From a virus (Duplodnaviria > Caudoviricetes): 64,000 nt of DNA. The translations under genes and the position numbers were made by a program. Under the pieces are notes generated by a model, which made no database searches, was not told the origin of the DNA, and worked only from the letters and a program-made list of their open reading frames with translations. Location of the stretch: positions 22,773-86,772 of IMG/VR virus record IMGVR_UViG_2882613001_000002; one strand, written 5' to 3'. This document shows, one piece after another, positions 18,734 to 27,804 of this stretch (the stretch's first letter is position 1; each line of letters starts with the position of its first letter).

Positions 18734-19131
18734 CCAGCAGGACGCCGATCCCGGACACCGTGACGCTGCACGTGCCTTTCCGTGTCGTGAAGCGCGGTGG
18801 GCGAAAGGAGATGCAGCTGCCCGAGGGCGTCAAGCAACCGCGTCGAACGGACAACACGCTGGTGAAGGCTCTGGCCCGCGGTTTTAGGTGGAAGTGGATG
18901 TTGGAGTCCGGGGACTTCACGACGATCAACGAACTGTCCAAACGCGAAGGGATCGCGCCATCATACATGACTCGCGTTTTGCGGTTGACGCTGCTCGCCC
19001 CGGATATCGTCGAAGCGATCTTGGATGGGCAACAGGGGCCGGAGATAACGCTGGCGCGGGTTCTGGAACCATTTCCGACCGAGTGGGAGGATCAATTGAT
19101 GAACTTCAAACTTGAGTTCCACGGGTCATAG
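18730..19131 (+). CDS. Recombinase-associated hypothetical protein
   Basis: LVKALAR...YMTRVLRLTLLAPDIVEAILDG pattern; ATGA overlap. Confidence 0.75.
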   Translation: MTSRTPIPDTVTLHVPFRVVKRGGRKEMQLPEGVKQPRRTDNTLVKALARGFRWKWMLESGDFTTINELSKREGIAPSYMTRVLRLTLLAPDIVEAILDGQQGPEITLARVLEPFPTEWEDQLMNFKLEFHGS

Positions 19132-19316
19132 GGCCACCGCCAGTCCGTCAAGCAGAAACACCATGACATTCCAAGAATGCGTAAAAAAGCCCTATACGCG
19201 CTTTAGCGAGCGCTTTCAGCCAACTCAAGTCTGACAAAAAATTCTGCCCGCGCTGGAGTGCGCGGATCTTTCCCACGTGCTAAGCATCTGAGAGGGCATG
19301 GGAATCGGAGTGACGA

Positions 19317-20087
19317 GTGGCAGACGGATTCATCGCATTCGAGTTGGACCTGATGGGTGCAGTCATGAACCAGCTCATCCCCACGCTCGATGCCATGGGT
19401 AGCGCGCCGCTCACCCTAGACAACGCCCAGGCGCTTCCCGACGCCCAAGGCGTGTACCTGCTGATCCACGACGGAGAGGTCCGCTATGTCGGGAAAACCG
19501 ATGCGGAGGCTGGGCTTCGAACCCGCCTGGCTAGGCACGCGCGGAAGTTCGAGCAACGGCGAAACGTGCGGCCCGAAGATGTCCAGTTCAAGGCCGCGCG
19601 GATCCTCGTTCTGACCGCGATGGATATCGAATCCAGATTGATTGCCCACTACGGTTCGGAGTGGAACGGATCGGGCTTCGGGTCCAATGATCCAGGGCGC
19701 GAGCGCGAGACGACGAACAAGCCTGAGCAGGGCTTCGACGCGCGCTTTCCGATCGACATTGATACTCCGCATAGTTTGCTTGCGACGGGACAGACGACGG
19801 TTCACGTTGCCCTAATGGCACTGAAGGATGTGCTTCCCTACACCCTGCGCTACGAGGTTTCTTTACCACCGCCACGAACGAAGGTCGGAGGACATGACTA
19901 TCGGCTAAATCCTCACCCGGACATGCCAGCGTCGCAATTGGAGATTCCACCCGGTCCCATCTCAGTGCGAAGAGCAATGCAGCTGATCGTAGCTGCTTTG
20001 CCCGCTGGCTGGCAGGCGACCTATTTCGTGAGCCACGTGATCCTGTACAAGGAAGATCGCCAGTACGCTCACGGGGTTCAGATCTAA
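19317..20087 (+). CDS. GIY-YIG restriction endonuclease, Eco29kI-like
   Basis: GVY...YVGK, RLARH, ESRLI and WNGSGFGSNDPG motifs. Convergent with a C5 MTase. Confidence 0.75.
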   Translation: MADGFIAFELDLMGAVMNQLIPTLDAMGSAPLTLDNAQALPDAQGVYLLIHDGEVRYVGKTDAEAGLRTRLARHARKFEQRRNVRPEDVQFKAARILVLTAMDIESRLIAHYGSEWNGSGFGSNDPGRERETTNKPEQGFDARFPIDIDTPHSLLATGQTTVHVALMALKDVLPYTLRYEVSLPPPRTKVGGHDYRLNPHPDMPASQLEIPPGPISVRRAMQLIVAALPAGWQATYFVSHVILYKEDRQYAHGVQI

Positions 20088-21247
20088 GCCGCGCTGAGCT
20101 TGTCTCGAACGCCTGTGGCGACGATCCGAGCCAATTGGCACGGGACGGCGTTTCCGAGCTGCCGCATCGTCTCCGTCCACGAGCCGTGGAACACCATGTC
20201 GTCGGGGAAGGTCTGCAGGCGAGCGCTCTCTCGGATCGTGAAATAGCGCACCGAGCCATCAGGCCTGCGCAGCATGTTCTCGCCTCCAGGAACACCATGC
20301 ACGCCCGCCTTCAGTGTCTTGCCGGGCTCGTCAAGTGGGCTTCCCGTGTGCCCCGGATAGGAGCGTGCACCGGGTTGAAACCGGTGGTCATGAAAGTCCA
20401 GCGCCGTGCCGGACGCATGTTCCGGATCCGGAAGGTCGGAGATCGCGTCGCGCACGGTCAGCCACGGTTCGTCCAGAGGCCGCTCAGCTATCTTCAAGGC
20501 CCGCGCCTGCGCCGCACCACCATCCGGCCGGTTCTTGCGAGAGACGCGGTGCAGGTCCCAATAGACCTCCTCGCGCCATTGCGACCAGAGCAGCGCGTCC
20601 CGCGAGTGGGTCGGCTTCGGAAAGTGCCACTCGATCTCGGTGTCGGCACGGAACCCGACGAGGAAGATGCGCTCACGTCGCTGGGGGACACCGTAGTTCG
20701 CCGAATTCAGAACCCGCATCACCACTCGATAGTGCAGGCCCTTCTCGGTTCCCTTCGTGTGATGGTTCTCCAGGCGCGCGAGGTGTGCCAGCCATTCTTC
20801 TTCCCTCTTGGCAACAAGATCGGGATAGGTCAGCTGCAGTCGAATGTACTCGAGGTAATTCGCGAAACTGCTGCGCGTAAGCCCCTTTACGTTCTCGAAG
20901 ATGAAAGCCCTAGGTCGAAGCTCGCGCACGGCACGGATGGCCTGCGGGAACATGTCCCGGCTGTCGAGAAATGCGCGGTGGCGTCCGCCCATCGAAAAAG
21001 GTTGGCAGGGCGGTCCGCCCGTAACGAGGTCGACGGAGCCGCCTACGGTCCCAAAATCGAACTGCCGCACATCACCCTCATGAATCGGCCAGTGCGTAAT
21101 TGGATCAAGACCGCGATCTTTGTTCTCGCGGAGAGTGTCGCACGCCCATCGGTCCCAGTCCATGACGGCAGCCGGGCGGAATCCTGCTTGGCTGACGCCG
21201 ATCCCAAGCCCGCCTGCGCCCACGAACAGCTCGACCGATCTCATCAT
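20084..21247 (-). CDS. DNA cytosine-5 methyltransferase, M.Eco29kI-like (CCGCGG predicted)
   Basis: ELFVGAGG, GGPPCQPFS, ENVKG and GNAVP motifs. The TRD GARSYPGHTGS...KAGVHGVPGGENM recalls M.Eco29kI. Confidence 0.9.
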   Translation of the reverse strand: MMRSVELFVGAGGLGIGVSQAGFRPAAVMDWDRWACDTLRENKDRGLDPITHWPIHEGDVRQFDFGTVGGSVDLVTGGPPCQPFSMGGRHRAFLDSRDMFPQAIRAVRELRPRAFIFENVKGLTRSSFANYLEYIRLQLTYPDLVAKREEEWLAHLARLENHHTKGTEKGLHYRVVMRVLNSANYGVPQRRERIFLVGFRADTEIEWHFPKPTHSRDALLWSQWREEVYWDLHRVSRKNRPDGGAAQARALKIAERPLDEPWLTVRDAISDLPDPEHASGTALDFHDHRFQPGARSYPGHTGSPLDEPGKTLKAGVHGVPGGENMLRRPDGSVRYFTIRESARLQTFPDDMVFHGSWTETMRQLGNAVPCQLARIVATGVRDKLSAA

Positions 21248-21660
21248 CCCAGGAACTCCCCGATCCTTGCCTGCAATTCCTCTCGGTTTTTTGTTTGGCA
21301 TTCCCATATCACGAGGACGTCCCAACCGAGTTCTGCGAGCAGGACGATATTACGCTCGTCCCGTTTCCTATTTGTTTCCAGCTTCGGGCCCCAAAAGTCC
21401 AGCCTGGATTTCGGGAGTCTCGCCAGCGGGCACGCCGGATCTGGGTGTCGGTGCCAAAAACAGCCGTGCACGAAGATTACCTTTCTTCGAGCCGGAAAGA
21501 CTAGGTCAGGCTTCCCGGGCAGGTCATGACGATGAAGCCTGTAGCGATAGCCCATACCGTGGACCAGGCGGCGCACCAGCAGCTCCGGCTTGGTGTCACG
21601 GCCGCGGACCCGGCTCATGCGCTCGCTTCGCTGTTCTGGCGTCAGTGTATCCACGCGCAT
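21244..21660 (-). CDS. vsr: Very short patch repair endonuclease
   Basis: RSERMSRVRGRDTKPE, PGKPDLVF, FVHGCFWHRH and VIWEC motifs. Confidence 0.95.
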   Translation of the reverse strand: MRVDTLTPEQRSERMSRVRGRDTKPELLVRRLVHGMGYRYRLHRHDLPGKPDLVFPARRKVIFVHGCFWHRHPDPACPLARLPKSRLDFWGPKLETNRKRDERNIVLLAELGWDVLVIWECQTKNREELQARIGEFLG

Positions 21661-21715
21661 CCTTATAATGGCACGCAGAGTGGACCGACAAGAAGAACTT
21701 CCGAACTCATACTAG

Positions 21716-22237
21716 TTAGTCCAACCAAATCAGGCGCTTGATGCCAATTTTGTCCGCCGCGCTTTCGACGACTGCGCGCTGGGTTGCCATCCCGAACTTT
21801 GCTGAAGATTCGGTCAGCACAGCTGCAAAAGGCTCGCTATTCTCGAAAGCACGCTCATGCAGGGCCATCAACGTTGCCTTCCAGTCAGCTGCCTTGCTCC
21901 AAGCGATCTGGCGCCCATCGGGGAGAAGGCAGCCGTGCGGTTTAATGAAAGTCGCGCTGACCTCTGCACCCTCGTCAATCCCGAGCACCCGGAATACGCG
22001 CGCGGGGTTGGCTGAGGCCTCCCTAGTGTATGACTTGAGGAGCGTATCCTTGATATAAACGCGAACTTTTCGCGGGTCCATGTACTGACCCAGCCTTCCG
22101 CCAATACTCTCCGTCTCGGTCCACACCGAGTAGTAACGCGACTTATCGGTAGCCGAAAGCGCCGACCAATTGAGCCGATCAGCTTCTGCCCACAGGTGCT
22201 CCTTGATCTCGCTTCGAACGCTCACGGGCACCCTCAT
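21716..22237 (-). CDS. Hypothetical protein in the MORC/helicase operon
   Basis: 173-aa ORF whose start overlaps the helicase stop. Confidence 0.75.
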   Translation of the reverse strand: MRVPVSVRSEIKEHLWAEADRLNWSALSATDKSRYYSVWTETESIGGRLGQYMDPRKVRVYIKDTLLKSYTREASANPARVFRVLGIDEGAEVSATFIKPHGCLLPDGRQIAWSKAADWKATLMALHERAFENSEPFAAVLTESSAKFGMATQRAVVESAADKIGIKRLIWLD

Positions 22238-23907
22238 TGCACGCCTCCCGGCTGGGGTGCGGCTGGAAACTCAAACTGCGGAACTTCTAACTGCGCGTCA
22301 CCCTCGCGCAAAATCAAATCCGCCTGATCCTTCATCCATTCGAGCATGAAATTTCCTGCCGATGCGTCGCGGAAATTGATGAGATTGTGTCCGAGAGGCA
22401 GCCGCTCGACAGGACCCGCAGCGGCCTTTTCAAGTTCGATCACTTCCGCCACTCGACGCAGATCGGTCACGAAATCCATCACGATTACCTTGTCTTTACC
22501 GTGGCTCAGGCGAAGCCCCCGGCCAAGCTGCTGGACAAAGATCCGACGGCTATGCGTCGCGCGCATGAAGACAATTAGATCAACATCAGGCACGTCAACG
22601 CCTTCGTTAAACAAATCAACACTGGACAATACATCGATGTCCCCTCGTCGGAACATTGCCATAAGTCGATCGCGCTCGCGGGCTTCCTGCCTCGACGAAA
22701 TAGATTCAGCGCGCAATCCGTAACCACGAAGTGTTCCCGCGAAACTCTCAGCGTGATCAACCGTTGGAGAGAACACAATCCCACCCCGCCGCTTCTCGCT
22801 GCGGAAAGCCTCGACAATGTGCCTGGCCGCCTCATCGTCGCGAGTTGGCATCAAAAGCTTCCTGTTCAGTTGGTTTAGAGAATAGTTGTGCGAAGAGATT
22901 TCCTGTACAAACTCCCAGTCGACGTTGTCTGCCAACAGCCGATAATCGACCTCGCAAAGGTATTTCTGCCTCAGGCCGTCTGAGATACCGAGCCGAACAA
23001 GCGGCTTGCCCAATAGCTCATCGATGTCGAAACCATCGCCGCGCCACGGCGTTGCCGTTGCTCCACCGACCATAGGTGGCTCAAGAGCAGCGAGCGCACG
23101 CCGAAAACTAGCGGATCCGATATGATGCGCCTCATCGACAAGCACCAAGCCAAAATTTGGCAAATCATCGACACGTCCAATGATGCTTTGGACCGTCGCG
23201 AAAGTGATTCCATCGTAGAAAGATGGGGTCTCATCGCCCGAAAGCATATGCGTTGGAACCCACTTGGGCAGCTGATGCCAAAATCCGAATTGTAGCTGTC
23301 GAATGAGCTCACGTTTGTCGGCGAGAACGAGCACCCGGTTTTCGCGAATGAGGCCATCACGATAAAGATCCGCAACAACTTCCGCCATTACCACGGTCTT
23401 GCCTAAACCCGTTGCAAGCACGACTTGAGCGCGACCCGTGTCCGTGAGGCCTTCGCGAAATCTATCGACTGCCTCTTGCTGATATGGCCTTAGATCCCTT
23501 CTCGACTTAGGGTACTCGGGGACTTCTTGAGCAAGGTGCGCAAGACGAGCTGGATCGAGTAATTCGACATTGATCCCTATCCGGCGGAAACGTTCGATTT
23601 CGGCTAGGACTCCACCACCGACCGCGCGTGAAGTCGCCAGAAGCATACGGTTGGCACCATAGTATGTTCCGGCATCGACAACTTCTTGGACGGCATGTTT
23701 CGTGGGCGGGGCGGTCGTGGTGTGTTTGCACTGCACAACCCAAATCTCACCGTTTTTCACGCCAACGACATCTGCGCCTTTGTCGCCCGAACCACCAACA
23801 ACGCGCACATCATCGAAGCCTGCATGCATCAAAATTCTTGCAACATCGCGCTCAAACGCTTGCCATGGGCCACGTAGGAGTCGCCTGTCGTCAAGAAAGT
23901 GCGTCAT
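22234..23907 (-). CDS. Mrr-like restriction endonuclease fused to an SF2 helicase
   Basis: N-terminal FERDVA...GDKGADVV...VQCK, then LATGLGKT, DEAHH, TATP, NEGVDVP and QQLGRGLR motifs. Confidence 0.85.
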   Translation of the reverse strand: MTHFLDDRRLLRGPWQAFERDVARILMHAGFDDVRVVGGSGDKGADVVGVKNGEIWVVQCKHTTTAPPTKHAVQEVVDAGTYYGANRMLLATSRAVGGGVLAEIERFRRIGINVELLDPARLAHLAQEVPEYPKSRRDLRPYQQEAVDRFREGLTDTGRAQVVLATGLGKTVVMAEVVADLYRDGLIRENRVLVLADKRELIRQLQFGFWHQLPKWVPTHMLSGDETPSFYDGITFATVQSIIGRVDDLPNFGLVLVDEAHHIGSASFRRALAALEPPMVGGATATPWRGDGFDIDELLGKPLVRLGISDGLRQKYLCEVDYRLLADNVDWEFVQEISSHNYSLNQLNRKLLMPTRDDEAARHIVEAFRSEKRRGGIVFSPTVDHAESFAGTLRGYGLRAESISSRQEARERDRLMAMFRRGDIDVLSSVDLFNEGVDVPDVDLIVFMRATHSRRIFVQQLGRGLRLSHGKDKVIVMDFVTDLRRVAEVIELEKAAAGPVERLPLGHNLINFRDASAGNFMLEWMKDQADLILREGDAQLEVPQFEFPAAPQPGGVQ

Positions 23908-26297
23908 GCAGAGATCTCAACATCTGGTTTCAATAGCTCCAGAGACATTACAGCCCGAATGACCTCACTCCGTGAACTGCTGGCAAGATCTCCGCTGTCT
24001 TGCTTGGAGAGCCAAACAGCGTCGTCAATTAGAGCAAGATAACGCGACAAGACACCAGCGCGTGCTTCTGCGGTGATTTGCGGGTCGCCGTAATCGAGGT
24101 CAGCGTAAGGGGAATCCCAAAGCTTGCCATCGAAGCATAGGTCCGGCCGTTTCTCAACGGCAATTCGAACAATTTCGAGTGGCCCAGAAAGAAGGAAACT
24201 ACCATTCACCGTGGCCTCGGAAGGCTTGATTTTTTTTGCTGCCAACGCGCGCATAACCGCAGTCTGCTCATCCACGCCTAAGTCATTGAACAGAGAAGCG
24301 CGTTCCTCCTCAGGACAAACCGAAACAAGACAACGAGCCACATCAACTAGAACCGACGTGGCAGTATTGGGCAATGCCTTTAGGTCAAGAGCCGTCTCTT
24401 CCCCATAGGCGTCCCGAAAATCCGCGAATAATTGAGCAAAGTCGGGCTGTTGGCTAGAGTTGCGAGTCTGATCCGCAGTCATGTAAGCGAGATGCGCTAG
24501 GAGCGCGTCCCTTGGTGTCATTGTGATTGATTCAAAGGTTTTGTGTGCAGGATTGAAAAGAAAATGATGGGTCTTCGTCGTCACGTCACCCATAATCATG
24601 GCCCACGGAGCATCTCCCGCTAAATCGGGGTCCTTGGAGTCGACCTCATATGCGACGACATTCCATTTCATGCCAGTACCGTCATGTTGATACCGGCGAC
24701 TAAGGAGTGGCGCTTCTCGACGCTCCGGTGCTGCGGCCTTCTCTGGCTCGGGAGGCGTTGCCGGATCTGGATCAGGCGTATCGCCGCCGGATGTTGCGCC
24801 GCCGAGGAGGCCTGGCGGAAGTTGTGCATCGCCACCAGATGTCGGTTCCTTGCCCCCAGTTGCTCGTCCGCCGGCGCCGTAGAGCAACTCACGGTCAGCG
24901 GCCTCAACGAGCTCCCACCATTTACTGTCGTCCTGATAGTCAGGATTGCCATCGTGGAAGGCATTGACCATTTCGACGGCGCGAGCGTTGTCCTTGACGA
25001 TCAAAATTCGTCCGTAGGCGCCTGCAGTCTTGGAGTGAGGACTCGTCCGTCGGAAAGCTTTAAAAAGTCGAAAGAGCGGTGATTCATTTGGGCCATAGCC
25101 AAGATCTTTAGCTTTTTCAGGACGAAGCGGCCCCTCTCCTCGGATGACTCTATACATTTCATCCCATGTCGGATCTGCACGATCAAAACGATCTTTAGCA
25201 TAGCTGACCCGGCAATGATCAATGTGGATCTCACCAACTATGCGGCCTCGGTTTCGCTGATCGTCAATCGGGTACTCCCGCTCTTCATTTTCCCCATCGC
25301 TCCAGGAAAAAAGGTCCTTGTTCCCAATCTCAATTTTTCGCCCATTGCGAACAAAATCGATACCGAACTCGGACTGGTCGAGATATCTCTGAATTCCCAG
25401 CCACCCCGTAACCTTGCGTTTACGTTCGACTACAGACTTAGCGGTTTCGCAATTCGGACATGTTCCGCCCACTTCCGCATCTACGAGCCAACTCATGCAA
25501 TTGATGCAGTACAATCTGGCTGCGAGTTCATGATTGATACTGATAACTGCCGGAATATTTGTTCCACCGGGCCCGGGAACAACCCGATCTTCATTCCACA
25601 GGCAATGACGTCGCGCCTCGACGCGCTTGTGGTTCACATAGAGCTCGAAACTGATTGGAATTCCGTTCGGCCGAAGCATCGAAGAGTAAGCTTGCGAGAG
25701 CCGTTTGCGTATTGCCGTTTGATTCGCGTTTTTTGCGAGCCATTTTCTTTGCTCTGGCTTGAGTTGCTTGATCGTAATCTCGGTACCATGTTGATCGGGA
25801 TCGGCCTTTGCGCGCGACAAACGCGGCGTCCGAAAGTGACGCTGCAGACGCAACTTGTCGAAATCGATCAGGAGTCCGTGCCACTCACGCTCACCCTTAC
25901 GCGTAGTCCAAACTTCGGTGACCGAACCAAGACGAGCCGTGGCGATGTTGAAGCCCATGCCAAACAGCCCAAGGCTATCGATTGGATTATTGCCTGACCA
26001 ACCGGCGCGTACGGCGCGTTCCAGCATATCTGGTGTCATGCCGGGACCATTATCGATAATCCGAAGTGTCGCTCCAGGTGAGTCCGCTTGCGGCAAGTGG
26101 ACATCGACCTTTGCACCAGCGACCGAGTTTCCAGCACGTCCTTCTTTCAAAAAGCCGTCAACTGCGTTGTCGACGAGTTCTGCAACGCAGCGCCACTGAT
26201 CGATGTTGATCTCGCCGAGCATCGGCAATACGCGCGGATCAGGCTCGAGATTGAATTCGCTCGCCGGCCGCAGATCGTTCACATTGATGCTCGCCAT
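23904..26297 (-). CDS. GHKL ATPase, prokaryotic MORC-like
   Basis: ELVDNAVD, DNGPGM, GLFGMGF and HGT boxes. CxxC...CxxC insert, GIDFVRNGRKI / IVGEIHID S5-like region, Pro/Gly linker and an unknown C-terminal domain. Confidence 0.85.
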   Translation of the reverse strand: MASINVNDLRPASEFNLEPDPRVLPMLGEINIDQWRCVAELVDNAVDGFLKEGRAGNSVAGAKVDVHLPQADSPGATLRIIDNGPGMTPDMLERAVRAGWSGNNPIDSLGLFGMGFNIATARLGSVTEVWTTRKGEREWHGLLIDFDKLRLQRHFRTPRLSRAKADPDQHGTEITIKQLKPEQRKWLAKNANQTAIRKRLSQAYSSMLRPNGIPISFELYVNHKRVEARRHCLWNEDRVVPGPGGTNIPAVISINHELAARLYCINCMSWLVDAEVGGTCPNCETAKSVVERKRKVTGWLGIQRYLDQSEFGIDFVRNGRKIEIGNKDLFSWSDGENEEREYPIDDQRNRGRIVGEIHIDHCRVSYAKDRFDRADPTWDEMYRVIRGEGPLRPEKAKDLGYGPNESPLFRLFKAFRRTSPHSKTAGAYGRILIVKDNARAVEMVNAFHDGNPDYQDDSKWWELVEAADRELLYGAGGRATGGKEPTSGGDAQLPPGLLGGATSGGDTPDPDPATPPEPEKAAAPERREAPLLSRRYQHDGTGMKWNVVAYEVDSKDPDLAGDAPWAMIMGDVTTKTHHFLFNPAHKTFESITMTPRDALLAHLAYMTADQTRNSSQQPDFAQLFADFRDAYGEETALDLKALPNTATSVLVDVARCLVSVCPEEERASLFNDLGVDEQTAVMRALAAKKIKPSEATVNGSFLLSGPLEIVRIAVEKRPDLCFDGKLWDSPYADLDYGDPQITAEARAGVLSRYLALIDDAVWLSKQDSGDLASSSRSEVIRAVMSLELLKPDVEISA

Positions 26298-26388
26298 TAC
26301 ACTGATTCCCCATTAACCTCAGGATATTCATTCAATATCTCCGTACGATATGGAGGCCTCAGGTTGAACACAAGCGAAGGAAGAAGAT

Positions 26389-27090
26389 TTGACTGTAGGT
26401 ACTCCAGTTCCCACGACTTCGGAACTCGAAGACTACCTCGAGCGCCTGCGGCCGACAGTAGACGAGACGATCGACAGGCTAGGTGCAACCCGCTTCCGGG
26501 AAGATCCCATCGCGGGTAGAAAGTACTCCCGTGCGACCTCGATTATCAGCTCAGCCTACAAAAGACATGGCGCCATCCTTCAAAGGGCCCTACTTGAGCG
26601 GCTTAAGGACTGCGCAAGGTTGCGCGTTTGGACAGAGGACGACTTCAAGCTTTCACATGACACACTCCGGGAGGTCCGGATCGCGGAGCGGCTAGACTCC
26701 TTGTTGCAAGCGCACCTTCCGTATGGAGATCGTGAACGCTCCGTGCGCGTCGACATCTTGGTATTCGACGAGGTAAGTCGCTCCCTAAACGCCTACAATG
26801 TCAAACGCGGCAACGGCTCATACGATGGAGGAAAGCGGCGCCTTATTCACGAAGAGCTCGTCCGCACCCAGATGCTTCTCAGCGATTACGGCCGCGGGCT
26901 TGGGCTCTGGTCGGAGACGAGCAATGCTCACGTCATCTTCTACTACGGCCTTCTATCGCTACCACCGCCACTTGCGATCTCTGGTTACGATCTCGACGAG
27001 CATTTCCAATTTCCTGTCCATGAGGCAATCGAACTCGTTAACGCCTATTTCGTTGCGCGGTTATCAGCGCTCATCGAGCAGGAAGACTAG
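26389..27090 (+). CDS. Hypothetical protein, possible restriction-endonuclease fold
   Basis: 233-aa ORF with a TTG start and VDILVFD...AYNVKRG, divergent from the MORC gene. Confidence 0.6.
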   Translation: MTVGTPVPTTSELEDYLERLRPTVDETIDRLGATRFREDPIAGRKYSRATSIISSAYKRHGAILQRALLERLKDCARLRVWTEDDFKLSHDTLREVRIAERLDSLLQAHLPYGDRERSVRVDILVFDEVSRSLNAYNVKRGNGSYDGGKRRLIHEELVRTQMLLSDYGRGLGLWSETSNAHVIFYYGLLSLPPPLAISGYDLDEHFQFPVHEAIELVNAYFVARLSALIEQED

Positions 27091-27282
27091 CCCCACCAAT
27101 GTTATAGGTAGCTCCGTGCGCACGTTGCTCGGTCCCCGATTGCGGTTCGATCCCAGTCCTATTTGAATAGGTGGGACCAAGATCGGAAACATTTCTTGCC
27201 GCACTCTTTTCCCGTTTTCTTTCAATGTCTTGGAAGAAATTCACCAAACCAATGCAGTTAACAGGTCCGGAGAATTTCGGGC

Positions 27283-27395
27283 CGAGAGAACGCTTTCGGG
27301 TCTCCTGACACCTGTGGCGGTGCCTAGCCTGCCCCGCAAACCCCTTTGAAAACACGAAAAAATCCAGCCGCAGCCGAATCGAGAGAACGCTTTCG
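27283..27395. repeat. 16-bp direct repeat at the right end of Element 1
   Basis: CGAGAGAACGCTTTCG at 27283-27298 and 27380-27395. Confidence 0.7.
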
Positions 27396-27405
27396 CGGGG
27401 GCAAG

Positions 27406-27424
27406 TGGCGGAGGAGGTGGGATT
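27406..27424 (-). other. tRNA 3'-end remnant (tRNA-Ser-like); att core of Element 2
   Basis: TGGCGGAGGAGGTGGGATT is the reverse complement of AATCCCACCTCCTCCGCCA (T-arm/acceptor stem plus CCA). The similarity stops after 19 nt. Confidence 0.8.
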
Positions 27425-27476
27425 TCGCGCCCTCGATAGACCCTTTATTTGCAAGACATGAAATAGAGGTGTGCGC

Positions 27477-27513
27477 CATTTTGTGACCCAATTTGTGATC
27501 CAATTCTGATACC
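27477..27513. repeat. Putative integrase arm-type repeats
   Basis: TTTGTGACCCA and TTTGTGATCCA in tandem, about 55 bp inside the att core. Confidence 0.45.
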
Positions 27514-27804
27514 TTTATGTTACGGCACCTCACATAATCTGCAGGACATTCATCTCTATCCGTCAGCACCTCGCGCGCGTTCAGGTTCTCACGCCCTACA
27601 GGCGTCGATGGGCTGCTTGAGCGAAATTCGACATTCGATCATTTGCCTCTTTACTGCGCAGCGCCAGCAGACCGGGCGGAGAGCAGAAGTTCGCTGCAAT
27701 GCAGCCGAAAGACTGGATGTTTCACCAAAGCGGACATTTAGGCTTCCTCTTGAAAGCGTATCGTAGAAAGCAGATACTCAATCGACAGATGAGGTTGAGC
27801 GATA

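Larger units (their letters stand above)
1..27405. mobile_element. Element 1: right part of a lambdoid prophage with a serine recombinase and a terminal defence island
   Basis: Phage-type gene order (MTases, cos-like site, RuvC-like, primase, helicase, AAA_24, sigma, DUF2924, serine recombinase). Ends beside a tRNA 3' remnant. The structural genes are presumably left of the window. Confidence 0.8.

Noticed and set aside
20135-21529. 464-aa ORF opposite the C5 MTase, and 25215..25997 opposite the MORC gene
   Set aside because: Antisense shadows with no recognisable motifs.
26297-26488. 63-aa ORF upstream of the MORC gene, and the 16195 extension of 16774..16977
   Set aside because: They overlap better-supported genes and promoter regions, with no RBS or motif support.
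27380-27480. Complete tRNA gene
   Set aside because: Only 19 nt of the 3' end match, with no anticodon or D arm; treated as an att remnant.
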